Counted from the first letter of the stretch, positions 52,232 through 60,470 are shown. The stretch: DNA of 64,000 nt from an uncultured Bacteroidia bacterium (GCA_903897145.1 CAIUAN010000018.1:50889-114888), one strand, 5' to 3'. Numbers and translations are program-made. Notes: generated by a model not told the origin, from the sequence alone.

Positions 52232-53281
52232 TTAATCTGCATTGTCGTTGTAATTAATTAATCCATCAATTGTATTTTCAAAAAATGACAATAAGATTCT
52301 TTGCAATAGTTCCCTTGGCGCATTCTCTTCAGCAATATTTTGATCTTCTCGAAACTTTATAACGCAATTATTTCTTCTAACCATCCCTCTATTAACTGCT
52401 GCCGGACTAACCGCTGAGTATAATTGCAGTATTTTAATATGACCGTCTATTGAAAGTCGCATTCTCAAAATAACCTTTGTCGTAAGTAATTTATTTAGTT
52501 CGCGTCTTGCAATATTTGTTCTGGGTCCCTCATTGATTTGACTCCAATTTTCCGGATCTTCATTTCTTGAAATTTCAATTTTGTACCCCTGATCATTTGC
52601 CCCTTTTAAAAATAACCTAAATGCATCACGATCATCTAATATATAATTTCCATGTCTATCAAATAAATGATTATTACGGTTATTTGAGCCAAAAAAGCTA
52701 GCGTTAGTAAAATATAGTCTGTCAATGTGGGCGCAACTGAAAATAAGCGAGAAAACTGAATTATTTAAAACAATATTATTCAAAAGCTTGTCCTCTGCAG
52801 TGTATGCAAAATCTCGTAGTTCTCTTTGACAAAAGGCAATTATGTCTGTGTATGCAATAAGGTTTTCTTGTAATGCATTTTTAATTTGGAGGGGTTGTTC
52901 ATTTCGAGCAAACTGTAATATGTTATCAAAATTTATAGGACAATACTTCCATAAAGAAGAATAATTGCCATGAAAATAGGGAAGGTCTGGTGGAGAAATA
53001 TTTCCGTTAAATGATAAGTTCGGTAAACCTAATTGGTCGCAGAGATATGATATTGGTGGAAATGTTCCTATCATTAAACCTGTAGTAGTGGCGCAATGAA
53101 TTTCCTCTAAATAAGGATGTTTTTCAAATGGCGGGACTATTGATAATACTCCGTTGTTATCTGCAATTACTTGAATTGAATGCTGATTTATTAATTCGTA
53201 ATTGTGTGGGTTACTATGATCTATATCTGCTAATCCTAGAGCTTCACTAAGTAGTTGTAGATTATTGTTTCGATGTATCAT
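52232..53281 (-). CDS. UDG-superfamily-like protein (hypoxanthine/uracil-DNA-glycosylase-like motifs), function unknown
   Basis: Five collinear motif resemblances to the TIGR04274-type glycosylases. These are LMIGTFPPISY (ILGSxPS), YFHGNYSSLWKY (YYxxPxNxFW), YTDIIAFCQRE (WDVxxxCxR), YFTNASF (FNGxxA) and LYSAVSPAA (LPSTSPA). There are long insertions between them. Confidence 0.45.
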   Translation of the reverse strand: MIHRNNNLQLLSEALGLADIDHSNPHNYELINQHSIQVIADNNGVLSIVPPFEKHPYLEEIHCATTTGLMIGTFPPISYLCDQLGLPNLSFNGNISPPDLPYFHGNYSSLWKYCPINFDNILQFARNEQPLQIKNALQENLIAYTDIIAFCQRELRDFAYTAEDKLLNNIVLNNSVFSLIFSCAHIDRLYFTNASFFGSNNRNNHLFDRHGNYILDDRDAFRLFLKGANDQGYKIEISRNEDPENWSQINEGPRTNIARRELNKLLTTKVILRMRLSIDGHIKILQLYSAVSPAAVNRGMVRRNNCVIKFREDQNIAEENAPRELLQRILLSFFENTIDGLINYNDNAD

Positions 53282-53299
53282 TGTAATGTAATTTAAATT

Positions 53300-53443
53300 G
53301 GCTATAACGGTTTGAAACTATATGCAGTTGCCGACTGCGTCCGCCAGCTGGCGGATGTCGAATCCCACCACCGATGTTACGGGCTGTAAACTTCACAATC
53401 AGCACAGAAACGGCAATTGTCATATAGTTTTTGTTATGGCGCG
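53300..53443 (-). repeat. attC-like site C
   Basis: Boxes are GGCTATAAC and GTTATGGCGC. The spacer GGTTT is followed by an L-type stem GAAACTATATGCAGTTGCCG / CGGCAATTGTCATATAGTTT with bulged bases and a ~75-nt GC-rich terminal structure. Confidence 0.7.
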
Positions 53444-53457
53444 TAATTCATTCAATA

Positions 53458-53769
53458 CTAAACATCTATTGAAATACTTACTTTTCCACCCAGTCCTTTT
53501 TCAACAATGTCAAAAAGCGTACTCAATGTTATATTGCTGCCATCATTCTCAACACGAGAAATATAGGTTCTTTTTTTGTCTATGATTTGTCCTAATTCCT
53601 CTTGAGTCATATGTCGCGATTCTCTTGCCTTTTTTAATAAAAGTCCGATTTTAAAAGATTCGGCTTCTCTCTCAAGATTATCGCGTCTTTCAGTCCCTTT
53701 TTCTCCGTAAACCTGATCCTTAATTTGAGGCCAGGTCGCAATGTCTTTGTTGTTATTTTCTGCTTTCAT
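53458..53769 (-). CDS. XRE-family HTH antitoxin (HigA-like)
   Basis: HTH segment TQEELGQIIDKKRTYISRVENDGSNITLSTL. It overlaps the toxin gene by 17 nt. Confidence 0.8.
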   Translation of the reverse strand: MKAENNNKDIATWPQIKDQVYGEKGTERRDNLEREAESFKIGLLLKKARESRHMTQEELGQIIDKKRTYISRVENDGSNITLSTLFDIVEKGLGGKVSISIDV

Positions 53770-54094
53770 AATACTCTTTCATTAAATTTATTGCTTTCTC
53801 AATTTCGTTTTTCGGCGTTTTCTGTGTTTTTTTCTGAAATCCATTTAGAAGGATCACTAATTTTCCTTTATCGAAGAAGCAGAAAACACGCCAAATGTCT
53901 GTCCCTAATAGAATTCTCGCTTCATAAAGTCCATTTGTCCCAGTAATTTGTTTTAAATAATTTGTCGGAATTCTCTCTAATGTCTCGATGGCTTCAATGA
54001 TTTTGAAGATCTTGTTCTGAACCTTGATTGGTTGCTTTTTCAAGAAATCTACGAAAAAGTTTTTGTATGCAATTACTTTTCGAATTTTCTCCAT
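53753..54094 (-). CDS. RelE/ParE-superfamily toxin (HigB / phage Gp49-like, DUF891)
   Basis: LYEARILLGTDIWRVFCFFDKGKLVILLNGFQKKTQKTPKNEIEKA matches the Gp49-like toxin pattern. Toxin-first gene order is as in higBA. Confidence 0.8.
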   Translation of the reverse strand: MEKIRKVIAYKNFFVDFLKKQPIKVQNKIFKIIEAIETLERIPTNYLKQITGTNGLYEARILLGTDIWRVFCFFDKGKLVILLNGFQKKTQKTPKNEIEKAINLMKEYYESRK

Positions 54095-54112
54095 CTGTCA
54101 TTAAAATAAACC

Positions 54113-54144
54113 CAAAGGTAACTTTAAAGTTACAATTTTCCAAA
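54113..54144 (-). promoter_or_regulatory. Cassette-internal promoter with overlapping palindromic operator for the TA pair
   Basis: The minus strand reads TTTG-N20-TACCTTTG, i.e. Bacteroidota -33/-7 boxes, 18 nt upstream of the toxin ATG. The perfect 16-bp palindrome GTAACTTTAAAGTTAC (54118-54133) overlaps the -7 box. Confidence 0.5.
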
Positions 54145-54174
54145 TCGAAATTGATGTGTCGGGGTATTTATTAT

Positions 54175-54310
54175 GCGCCATAACGGCTGACGCTATGGCA
54201 AGTGCGGGAATAAATTGCTGCTCAACTGTCTGCCAGCACTGAACTTAATTTGAAGCACAAAGCTTCATTTAAGCATTGAACCCGCTTTTTTGCCAAACGG
54301 CTGTTATGCG
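54175..54310 (-). repeat. attC-like site D
   Basis: Boxes are GCGCCATAAC and GTTATGCG. Imperfect stems are TGGCAA/TTGCCA and GCGGG/CCCGC. It contains a 59-nt internal module shared with site F. Confidence 0.7.
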
Positions 54311-54317
54311 TTCGTTT

Positions 54318-55142
54318 TTATTCCAGCTTAATCTTTCTTGTTTTTCCTGTTTGTAATTCTTTTAGTATGTCCAACTTCTGAATTTTTGAATTGTCAAGTT
54401 TATAAACTAAAATAAATTTCATTTCTGTCAAGTCAATGAATGTAGTATAAAGAGTTCCACCTATTTTGCCTGTCGAGTCTTTTTGAGGTAGTTGAACTGC
54501 CTTTCCAATTACATTACCTACAGCTTTTAGGTCAATAGTGTCCTTTGGATTTCTTGCGTCCAATTCATCTAAACCTTTCTGAATTATCGGGTATCTCCAG
54601 CAAGTCATTTCAGTTTGAATAGTGTCTGACAGATTAAAATTTGTCGAAACAAGTCGATTGTTTTTGATTTCAACAATATTTTTAACACCATTTATCCATT
54701 CAACAATTACCGCTTTACCATTTTTGTCACCCAATAAAATGTGTGCGTTATTTAGAGCATTTTTTTCTTGTTCTAAGTACTGGATTACTTCATCTACTGT
54801 CCTACATTTTGCCAATATCTTGTCCGTGAAATTGCCTTTTGGAGATGAATAACCTGAGGGGATTTTTTGTTCTGGTGTTACAGCTCCGTCAATTACCAAT
54901 CCTTTCTCATTAATACCTCCTTGTCCAAAATTTTTCCAGCCGTACCAAATCCGACCCAATTCGTCTTTTGAACTTGGGTTGATTTGTATATATGGCTTTA
55001 CATCATACCAGTAATCTTCATTATTTATAAAATATATTTTACCAGTCTTACTGTCTATATAGTAAATTATAGAACAAGCGAATGATTTTTCGGAAATTAT
55101 AATAATGGAAATTAAAAGTACTAGATATTTAAATGCCTTCAT
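54318..55142 (-). CDS. Secreted Ntn-hydrolase-like protein (choloylglycine hydrolase / C45 acyltransferase-like)
   Basis: The signal peptide ends ...SEKSFA, immediately followed by Cys (CSIIYY), the arrangement of an N-terminal nucleophile. A GINEKGLVIDG motif resembles the GxNEKGL motif of this fold. Confidence 0.5.
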   Translation of the reverse strand: MKAFKYLVLLISIIIISEKSFACSIIYYIDSKTGKIYFINNEDYWYDVKPYIQINPSSKDELGRIWYGWKNFGQGGINEKGLVIDGAVTPEQKIPSGYSSPKGNFTDKILAKCRTVDEVIQYLEQEKNALNNAHILLGDKNGKAVIVEWINGVKNIVEIKNNRLVSTNFNLSDTIQTEMTCWRYPIIQKGLDELDARNPKDTIDLKAVGNVIGKAVQLPQKDSTGKIGGTLYTTFIDLTEMKFILVYKLDNSKIQKLDILKELQTGKTRKIKLE

Positions 55143-55170
55143 TTGTGATGGTTGTTTCGTCTTTTAAATG

Positions 55171-55329
55171 CCGCATAACGTAGGAAGCTACACGCAGGGG
55201 CGGACTGCGGGTCCCGAATCCTCGGGATCAAGCCGAAAAGCAGCCCGGGCGGAATCGAAGATCAGCGAAGCTAAAGATGCACACCGAAAACCACCGCTGC
55301 CGCACTTGCCGGGTAGCTGAAGTTGTGCG
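55171..55329 (-). repeat. attC-like site E
   Basis: Boxes are CCGCATAAC and GTTGTGCG (one T-G wobble when paired). There is an AGCTAC/GTAGCT stem and a GC-rich terminal structure (CCCGA-ATCC-TCGGG, GCCCGGGC). Confidence 0.65.
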
Positions 55330-55337
55330 TTCGTGCT

Positions 55338-56099
55338 TTATTTTAAACAATTTGGAAGCATTTCTAAAAATCCTAAACATTTGTCGTAATTCAATTCATA
55401 ATAATTTACTCCCAAATTTATAGTCTCATAATATCGGGCTTGGTTTACTTTATAATATTCCTCTGATGATATTTTCCAATAATCACGACCCAATTTCTCT
55501 GTAATAAACCACTTTTCAAGTAATCGGGCAGCTCTGCCGTTTCCATCTCGAAACGGATGAATATGTGCAAATCTTAAATGAATCAACGAGGCAAAATAAA
55601 AGACTTCTTTTTCGCTAAGGCTTGAAGAAATCAATTCTTCAATATCGTGGAAAAATGTTTTCATTTCTTGTTTAACAAATTCAGGTTCAATTGCCATATA
55701 AGCTAAGCCTGACTTACCAAAAACGCCTACCTGCTCAATCCGATATTTCCCTCTTTTGCTTTTAATTAGTAAGGTCTCTGAAAAGATTTTATGACAAGTC
55801 AACAAATTTGCCTCATTCAAATTATTTTTTTGGGCAAATTCGTACGCTTCAATCAAATCTTCTATCTCTTCTATCTCTTTTCCAATTTTGAATTTATCTT
55901 TGTTTAATTCATAATTCATATATGAGTTCAAGTCAATGCTATTTCCCTCAATATTCGAAGAATAAATCGCTGAAGATTTTGTCAAATAGTCGAAACTTCT
56001 TTTGTTTTCAGAAAAATCAAAATCCTGAATTAATCTGGGAATTTTATTTCCAATAGTCTGAATATAAGTGTCTAAATATTTTCTTTCAGTTATTCTCAT
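55338..56099 (-). CDS. Fic/DOC family protein (class II, intramolecular inhibitory motif)
   Basis: Fic motif HIHPFRDGNGRAARLL. The N-terminal SSNIEGN matches the (S/T)xxxE(G/N) inhibitory helix. Confidence 0.9.
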   Translation of the reverse strand: MRITERKYLDTYIQTIGNKIPRLIQDFDFSENKRSFDYLTKSSAIYSSNIEGNSIDLNSYMNYELNKDKFKIGKEIEEIEDLIEAYEFAQKNNLNEANLLTCHKIFSETLLIKSKRGKYRIEQVGVFGKSGLAYMAIEPEFVKQEMKTFFHDIEELISSSLSEKEVFYFASLIHLRFAHIHPFRDGNGRAARLLEKWFITEKLGRDYWKISSEEYYKVNQARYYETINLGVNYYELNYDKCLGFLEMLPNCLK

Positions 56100-56118
56100 C
56101 TAGTCAATTTATTAAACA

Positions 56119-56126
56119 CAAATATA
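56119..56126 (-). promoter_or_regulatory. -7 promoter box (TATATTTG) inside the Fic cassette
   Basis: Exact TAnnTTTG on the minus strand, 19 nt upstream of the Fic ATG. Confidence 0.35.
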
Positions 56127-56175
56127 CTCATTTTTATTGTCAAACCCTTATGGTAGTGCAGTTTCCCATAGCATG

Positions 56176-56311
56176 GCGCACAACGGTTTGCAGCTACAAG
56201 AAGTTGGCGATTTCGGAGACGAAAACTGTCTGCCAGCACTGAACTTGATACGAAGCACAAAGCTTGATATAACCACTGAACCGCCAATTTCTTGTAGGTG
56301 CTGTTATAAGC
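56176..56311 (-). repeat. attC-like site F
   Basis: Boxes are GCGCACAAC and GTTATAAGC. The spacer GGTTT is followed by the stem GCAGCTACAAGAAGTTGGCG / CGCCAATTTCTTGTAGGTGC (one G-T wobble, one mismatch). It shares a 59-nt module with site D. Confidence 0.7.
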
Positions 56312-56319
56312 TGCCTTTC

Positions 56320-56580
56320 TTATCGTTCTCGCCATTTGCTTTCTAATCCCATAAAATCCTCCAAATGATACACAGAGTCAGAATAAGAGAAAAGAATGGT
56401 TCGGTCGTCAACAATTGTGTATTTTTTTCTTTTTTCAACCGGCAACTTTTGTATGTCTGGAAAATATTTTAATGGAACAATAATTACACGACCATCTTCA
56501 AGTTTCAGTGATATTTTTCCCACGCTATCGAAATTTAATTTTTCGATACAAATTTTGGTATTTTTAAGTGTAGTTGTCAT
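56320..56580 (-). CDS. DUF2442 domain protein
   Basis: 86 aa with LEDGRVIIVPLKYFP...L segments typical of DUF2442. Its start directly abuts the stop of the DUF4160 gene. Confidence 0.7.
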   Translation of the reverse strand: MTTTLKNTKICIEKLNFDSVGKISLKLEDGRVIIVPLKYFPDIQKLPVEKRKKYTIVDDRTILFSYSDSVYHLEDFMGLESKWRER

Positions 56581-56859
56581 TTATTTTAATTTTATAGTAG
56601 TTATTTTTTGACCATTTTTCACCTTGTTAAATGAGTCAATCAGTATTATTTGATTCTTTTTAATCAAACTAATTGCTTGATTTAATTCCTTCTCGTTTAG
56701 TGTACCTTTTTCAGCAACTTTAAAAGTCTCCAACCAAACTTTTGCAGAACGTTGTCGATTTCCTTTTTCTTTAACAATATGCAAATGCGGTGGCTCATTA
56801 AGCGCATCGTAGGCGAAAATAAAAAAAGTCAGAAATTTATAAATAGCAATTTTAGGCAT
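56581..56859 (-). CDS. DUF4160 domain protein
   Basis: MPKIAIYKF...NEPPHLHI is typical of DUF4160. The ATG at 56859 is preferred over the TTG at 56865 used in the track. Confidence 0.7.
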   Translation of the reverse strand: MPKIAIYKFLTFFIFAYDALNEPPHLHIVKEKGNRQRSAKVWLETFKVAEKGTLNEKELNQAISLIKKNQIILIDSFNKVKNGQKITTIKLK

Positions 56860-56909
56860 AATCAAATATAGATTTTAATTTTCAACTTGTCAAGTTCTAT
56901 TTTAAGGTT

Positions 56910-57053
56910 GCTTATAACGGACACACACATGCGCTGTGCTGGCTGTAAGTATCTAAATAGCAAGCAAGTATCAACCAGCACCAAAGCTACTAAATACGTA
57001 AAATGCTCAAAGTTCCGACAGCCAGCATAGCCGCTATGTGTGATGTTAGCACC
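56910..57053 (-). repeat. attC-like site G
   Basis: Boxes are GCTTATAAC and GTTAGCACC. The stem is CACACATGCGCTGTGCTGGCTGT / ACAGCCAGCATAGCCGCTATGTGTG with bulges. Confidence 0.7.
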
Positions 57054-57067
57054 ATTTTTTTTTGTCG

Positions 57068-58456
57068 TTAATTCCAAAAGTCTAATAAATTGGTTATCGC
57101 CTCGTTAAACAATTTTGGTGCTTTGATACCCAAAATCAATTCTCCGTTTTCGTTTAGCAAAAATCCAATCTCTATTTCAATGATTTCTTGCTCTTTACTG
57201 CCGTATAGAACAACCGTTCTAATAATTTTGAATTTGGGGTAATGTTTTTGTATGTAATTTTTCTCAATGTATTCATAATTATTGAGTTCCTTTATTCCGT
57301 CTTTGCGGAATTTATATTTCTTACCTTCTACATTTATAACTTCACTGCGTCCAAAATCTATCAAAATTAAGTCAGGAATATAAATTATTTGTTCTTTATC
57401 GCCGTCTTTGTATTTGGCTCTGTCTTTGTATTTTGCTAATGGAACTGGTTCTCCTTCCTTCGTATAAAAATATCCCTTTTCGCATCCTGCGTGATTTTCA
57501 AATATAGAGTAACCTTCTGTAAAATTTTCAACAACCAAATGAATGAAAATCGTTCCTAATTTTTCGCCGTCAATGTCGTATTTCCAATAATCTGAATTTA
57601 ATTCAGCTTTTGGAACAGTTAGTCCTTGTAATGAGATATTTAACTTGTTTGCTATTTGAACAAATTTATTTGTTTTTCCTACATGTTCTTGTTTTAAACC
57701 ATGTTGAGTAATAACAAGTTGATTTTTCCATTCTAATTTACGTAAAACTGCACAAATTATGCTCAATGCTCCAATATTGGGGTCGTGTGAAAGTCCGCCA
57801 CTTTTAAATAATCTGCCCGAAATTTCGATTTTATTTTTCGATTTTGTAAGCGTAATTGGAACATTTCCTTTTGGTGCTTTTCGCATATTTGCTTTTAATT
57901 CAATAATTTCGTCTACTGTTTCAAATGGCTTAAAAATAGAGAAATCTAATTTTTTGCCCAAAATCTCAACACCCAAAGTTAATAAAAGTCGTGTTCCAAA
58001 AATATACGTGTCGGTTGGATTTTCCTTTTGCTCAATTTGCAAACTGTAAAGCATTATTTTTCTTACAGTTGGATAATAGTTTTGAATGAATACAAATTTT
58101 GAACAACGTTGATAAACTCCTGTATTTCTGCTTTCTTTGTCGTCTGTCTTTGTTTCTTCAATTGCGTAAATTGGTTGGTCATTGATTGTTGGTTCGTCTT
58201 TTTGGTAAAAAATTAGAAAATCTGTGAAACTCGAATTTCCTGAAACAGTTTTTATGTAAACCTTATCAACTTTGTTACAGCGAAAACCTGTAACTTCATA
58301 AGTGAATGTAAATTTGTTGTTTTCAAGTATCGGAAATATTCGCAAAGTGTCCACAAAAACTGCAAATCTATAATCTTTGGCAAACTTTTGAAATATAGTT
58401 TGTAAGACTTCTTTTTTAGGGCGTTCTTCTGTTAAAAACCAAAGATTATTTTTCAT
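57068..58456 (-). CDS. Putative restriction endonuclease (N-terminal recognition region, C-terminal PD-ExK catalytic motif; type IIS-like architecture)
   Basis: The start is re-assigned to the ATG at 58456 (MKNNLWFLTEERP), overlapping the methylase stop by 11 nt. The C-terminal IPDLILIDFGRSEVINVEGKK fits PD...ExK. It lies last in an operon with two methylases. Confidence 0.5.
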   Translation of the reverse strand: MKNNLWFLTEERPKKEVLQTIFQKFAKDYRFAVFVDTLRIFPILENNKFTFTYEVTGFRCNKVDKVYIKTVSGNSSFTDFLIFYQKDEPTINDQPIYAIEETKTDDKESRNTGVYQRCSKFVFIQNYYPTVRKIMLYSLQIEQKENPTDTYIFGTRLLLTLGVEILGKKLDFSIFKPFETVDEIIELKANMRKAPKGNVPITLTKSKNKIEISGRLFKSGGLSHDPNIGALSIICAVLRKLEWKNQLVITQHGLKQEHVGKTNKFVQIANKLNISLQGLTVPKAELNSDYWKYDIDGEKLGTIFIHLVVENFTEGYSIFENHAGCEKGYFYTKEGEPVPLAKYKDRAKYKDGDKEQIIYIPDLILIDFGRSEVINVEGKKYKFRKDGIKELNNYEYIEKNYIQKHYPKFKIIRTVVLYGSKEQEIIEIEIGFLLNENGELILGIKAPKLFNEAITNLLDFWN

Positions 58457-59513
58457 TTTTTCGTAAAATAAAGAGTTGTTCTTGAATATATTTTTTGTGT
58501 TTGCTGTCGCTGTTGCTATTACTTTTAAAACGTAAATAATCAAACTCAACTAATTCAACTGTTCCAAATTGTTCCAAAACTGAAATTATTTTTTGTTTTG
58601 GCATAATTCCTTCTGTGTTGTAACTTAATATCAGTGTTTTATATTTACCATTTTTAGCAATTTTATGCAATTCTTGTAAACCGTTTTCTGAATTGCAGAA
58701 TAATGATTTTTGATTTTCATAATTTCGCATCCCTGAAACTCCTTTAATTTCAGGATTGTCATATTTTGCAATCGTTTCCATTAAATGATAATTCGGTGCA
58801 TATTGTCGTTGATTATATGGTGGGTCAAGGTAGAAAATATCTGCATTTACTTGTTCTAATAAATTGACAGAATTATCATTATATGAAAAATTTTGTTTGT
58901 TATTTTTTACTGTTTCTATCGGTCTTAATTGAATTTTTTTTACGGCTCTTGGGTCCCACTGTTTTTGAAACGCTGCGTAAACTCCTGAAACATTGGCATA
59001 AAAAGGAACTGTTTCGATCAAACAAGCCAATAATGCAAAATATTCATTTTCAATAATTAATTCATTGTTTTTCCAATTTTCAATCTGTTGTCTAATGGTA
59101 TCAATTATTTTTCCATTTTCGTTGTTAAAATACATTCTTGGTAATTCCAAATTTGCTGTTCCTTCCGGCGTATAATTTTGATAAATAAAACCTTCTGTAA
59201 TATCTAAATTATTCAAATATTCTACAACTAAATTCAATGGGGTTGCAAATAACGAATTACTTTTTATATTAATATTTTTCAATAATTTATCAAAAGTCAA
59301 ATCTTGATTGTTTTGAATATATGCACGCTGTAGAATATATGAAAAATACAATAAATCAGATGAATATACCTGATAATCTAATTTTTTAAAAAATCTTCCG
59401 ACATTTGTCGTTCCTGCAAAGAAATCAAAAAACGAATTTCCATTAATTGCTTTTGATTGCATTATTTGATAAATCTTTTCTACTAAGTTCTCTTTGTTTC
59501 CAATAAATCGCAT
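58446..59513 (-). CDS. D12-class N6-adenine DNA methyltransferase
   Basis: MRFIGNK start, FFDFFAGTTNVG (motif I) and YLDPPYNQRQY (motif IV, DPPY). Confidence 0.8.
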   Translation of the reverse strand: MRFIGNKENLVEKIYQIMQSKAINGNSFFDFFAGTTNVGRFFKKLDYQVYSSDLLYFSYILQRAYIQNNQDLTFDKLLKNINIKSNSLFATPLNLVVEYLNNLDITEGFIYQNYTPEGTANLELPRMYFNNENGKIIDTIRQQIENWKNNELIIENEYFALLACLIETVPFYANVSGVYAAFQKQWDPRAVKKIQLRPIETVKNNKQNFSYNDNSVNLLEQVNADIFYLDPPYNQRQYAPNYHLMETIAKYDNPEIKGVSGMRNYENQKSLFCNSENGLQELHKIAKNGKYKTLILSYNTEGIMPKQKIISVLEQFGTVELVEFDYLRFKSNSNSDSKHKKYIQEQLFILRKNEK

Positions 59514-59671
59514 TTCATTTAATTTAAATTATCAAATAATGTTTTCGCTTTTTGCTGTTCAATCGGTTCATAATTAGTAATTAAAACTTCAATACTTGCG
59601 TCTTTATCTCTAATTATAGTTTGATAATTTGAATTTGAATAATTGATGTTTATATAATTAATTCTATATTC

Positions 59672-60454
59672 TTAATTAGTATTTAACCATTTTTTTAAGA
59701 TTTCGTTTGATTTTCCTTTGTGTTCCAAAACATTAGACAAAGCAAATTTTATTTTTTGACTATTTAGTTTATCTAATGTATTCAATAATTCTCGTTCTTC
59801 TTTTTCTGTCCAACCTTTGAAACCACGTTTTCCGTCGTTGTAAGTACCTGTGGTTATTAAATATGGTGGGTCGGCGTAAACAAAATCATTTTCGGTTAAA
59901 ATTGAAAAATCAAATTCTTCAAAACTTTTACAAGTAAATTCTATACTATTCTGTTTTAAACGATTATGAAACATTTCCAAATTTTGTTTCATTGTGGCGT
60001 TAAAACTGCTGCGTTCTCTACCAAACGGATTATTAAATTCGTGGTCGTTGTTAAATCTTATTTGATGATTAAAGGAATACGAAATCAATAGAAACAAGTC
60101 CAACGGATTTTTAGTCTTGTTGTAAAATTCTCTTATTTTTTTGAAACCTTCTTCGTTTGTCAAAGACAAATTATATTCAGAAATTCTATTTTGAATATGC
60201 TGTATAATTGTTTGTAAATCTGATTTATAAAATGCTTTATACATTTCAATCAAATAAATCAAATTGTCATTAAAGTAGATTTTATTTGCATTTGTATTAA
60301 TTCCAACATTACATCCACCTGCAAATAAATCAATAAATTGATTGATATTTTTGGGAAATAAAGGCAAAATTTGATTTAATATTTTTTGCTTTCCGCCAAT
60401 ATAATTTAATGGCGACTTTATTGTATTATTTTGTTTTATTTGCGTTCCGTTCAT
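59672..60454 (-). CDS. Dam-family (D12-class) N6-adenine DNA methyltransferase
   Basis: LNYIGGKQK, FIDLFAGGCNVG and YADPPYLITTGTYNDG motifs. Confidence 0.85.
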   Translation of the reverse strand: MNGTQIKQNNTIKSPLNYIGGKQKILNQILPLFPKNINQFIDLFAGGCNVGINTNANKIYFNDNLIYLIEMYKAFYKSDLQTIIQHIQNRISEYNLSLTNEEGFKKIREFYNKTKNPLDLFLLISYSFNHQIRFNNDHEFNNPFGRERSSFNATMKQNLEMFHNRLKQNSIEFTCKSFEEFDFSILTENDFVYADPPYLITTGTYNDGKRGFKGWTEKEERELLNTLDKLNSQKIKFALSNVLEHKGKSNEILKKWLNTN

Positions 60455-60470
60455 ATTTTTTGCTTTTCTG

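Noticed and set aside
56863-56870. TATATTTG box 3 nt upstream of the DUF4160 ATG as a promoter
   Set aside because: It is too close to the start codon to drive a normal leader. It may be coincidental in AT-rich DNA, or it may imply a leaderless mRNA. It was not called.
58446-58549. 104-nt overlap between the second methylase ORF and the 493-aa ORF
   Set aside because: This is an artefact of taking the longest ORF. The internal ATG at 58456 (MKNNLWFLTEERP) reduces the overlap to 11 nt, which is consistent with translational coupling.
59522-59671. Stop-free stretch of about 50 codons between the two methylase genes, in frame after the Dam stop (…INYININ…DNLN)
   Set aside because: It has no ATG/GTG/TTG start in frame, an extremely AT-rich low-complexity sequence and no HTH-like controller motif. 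It is probably a non-coding spacer. Readthrough is conceivable but unsupported.
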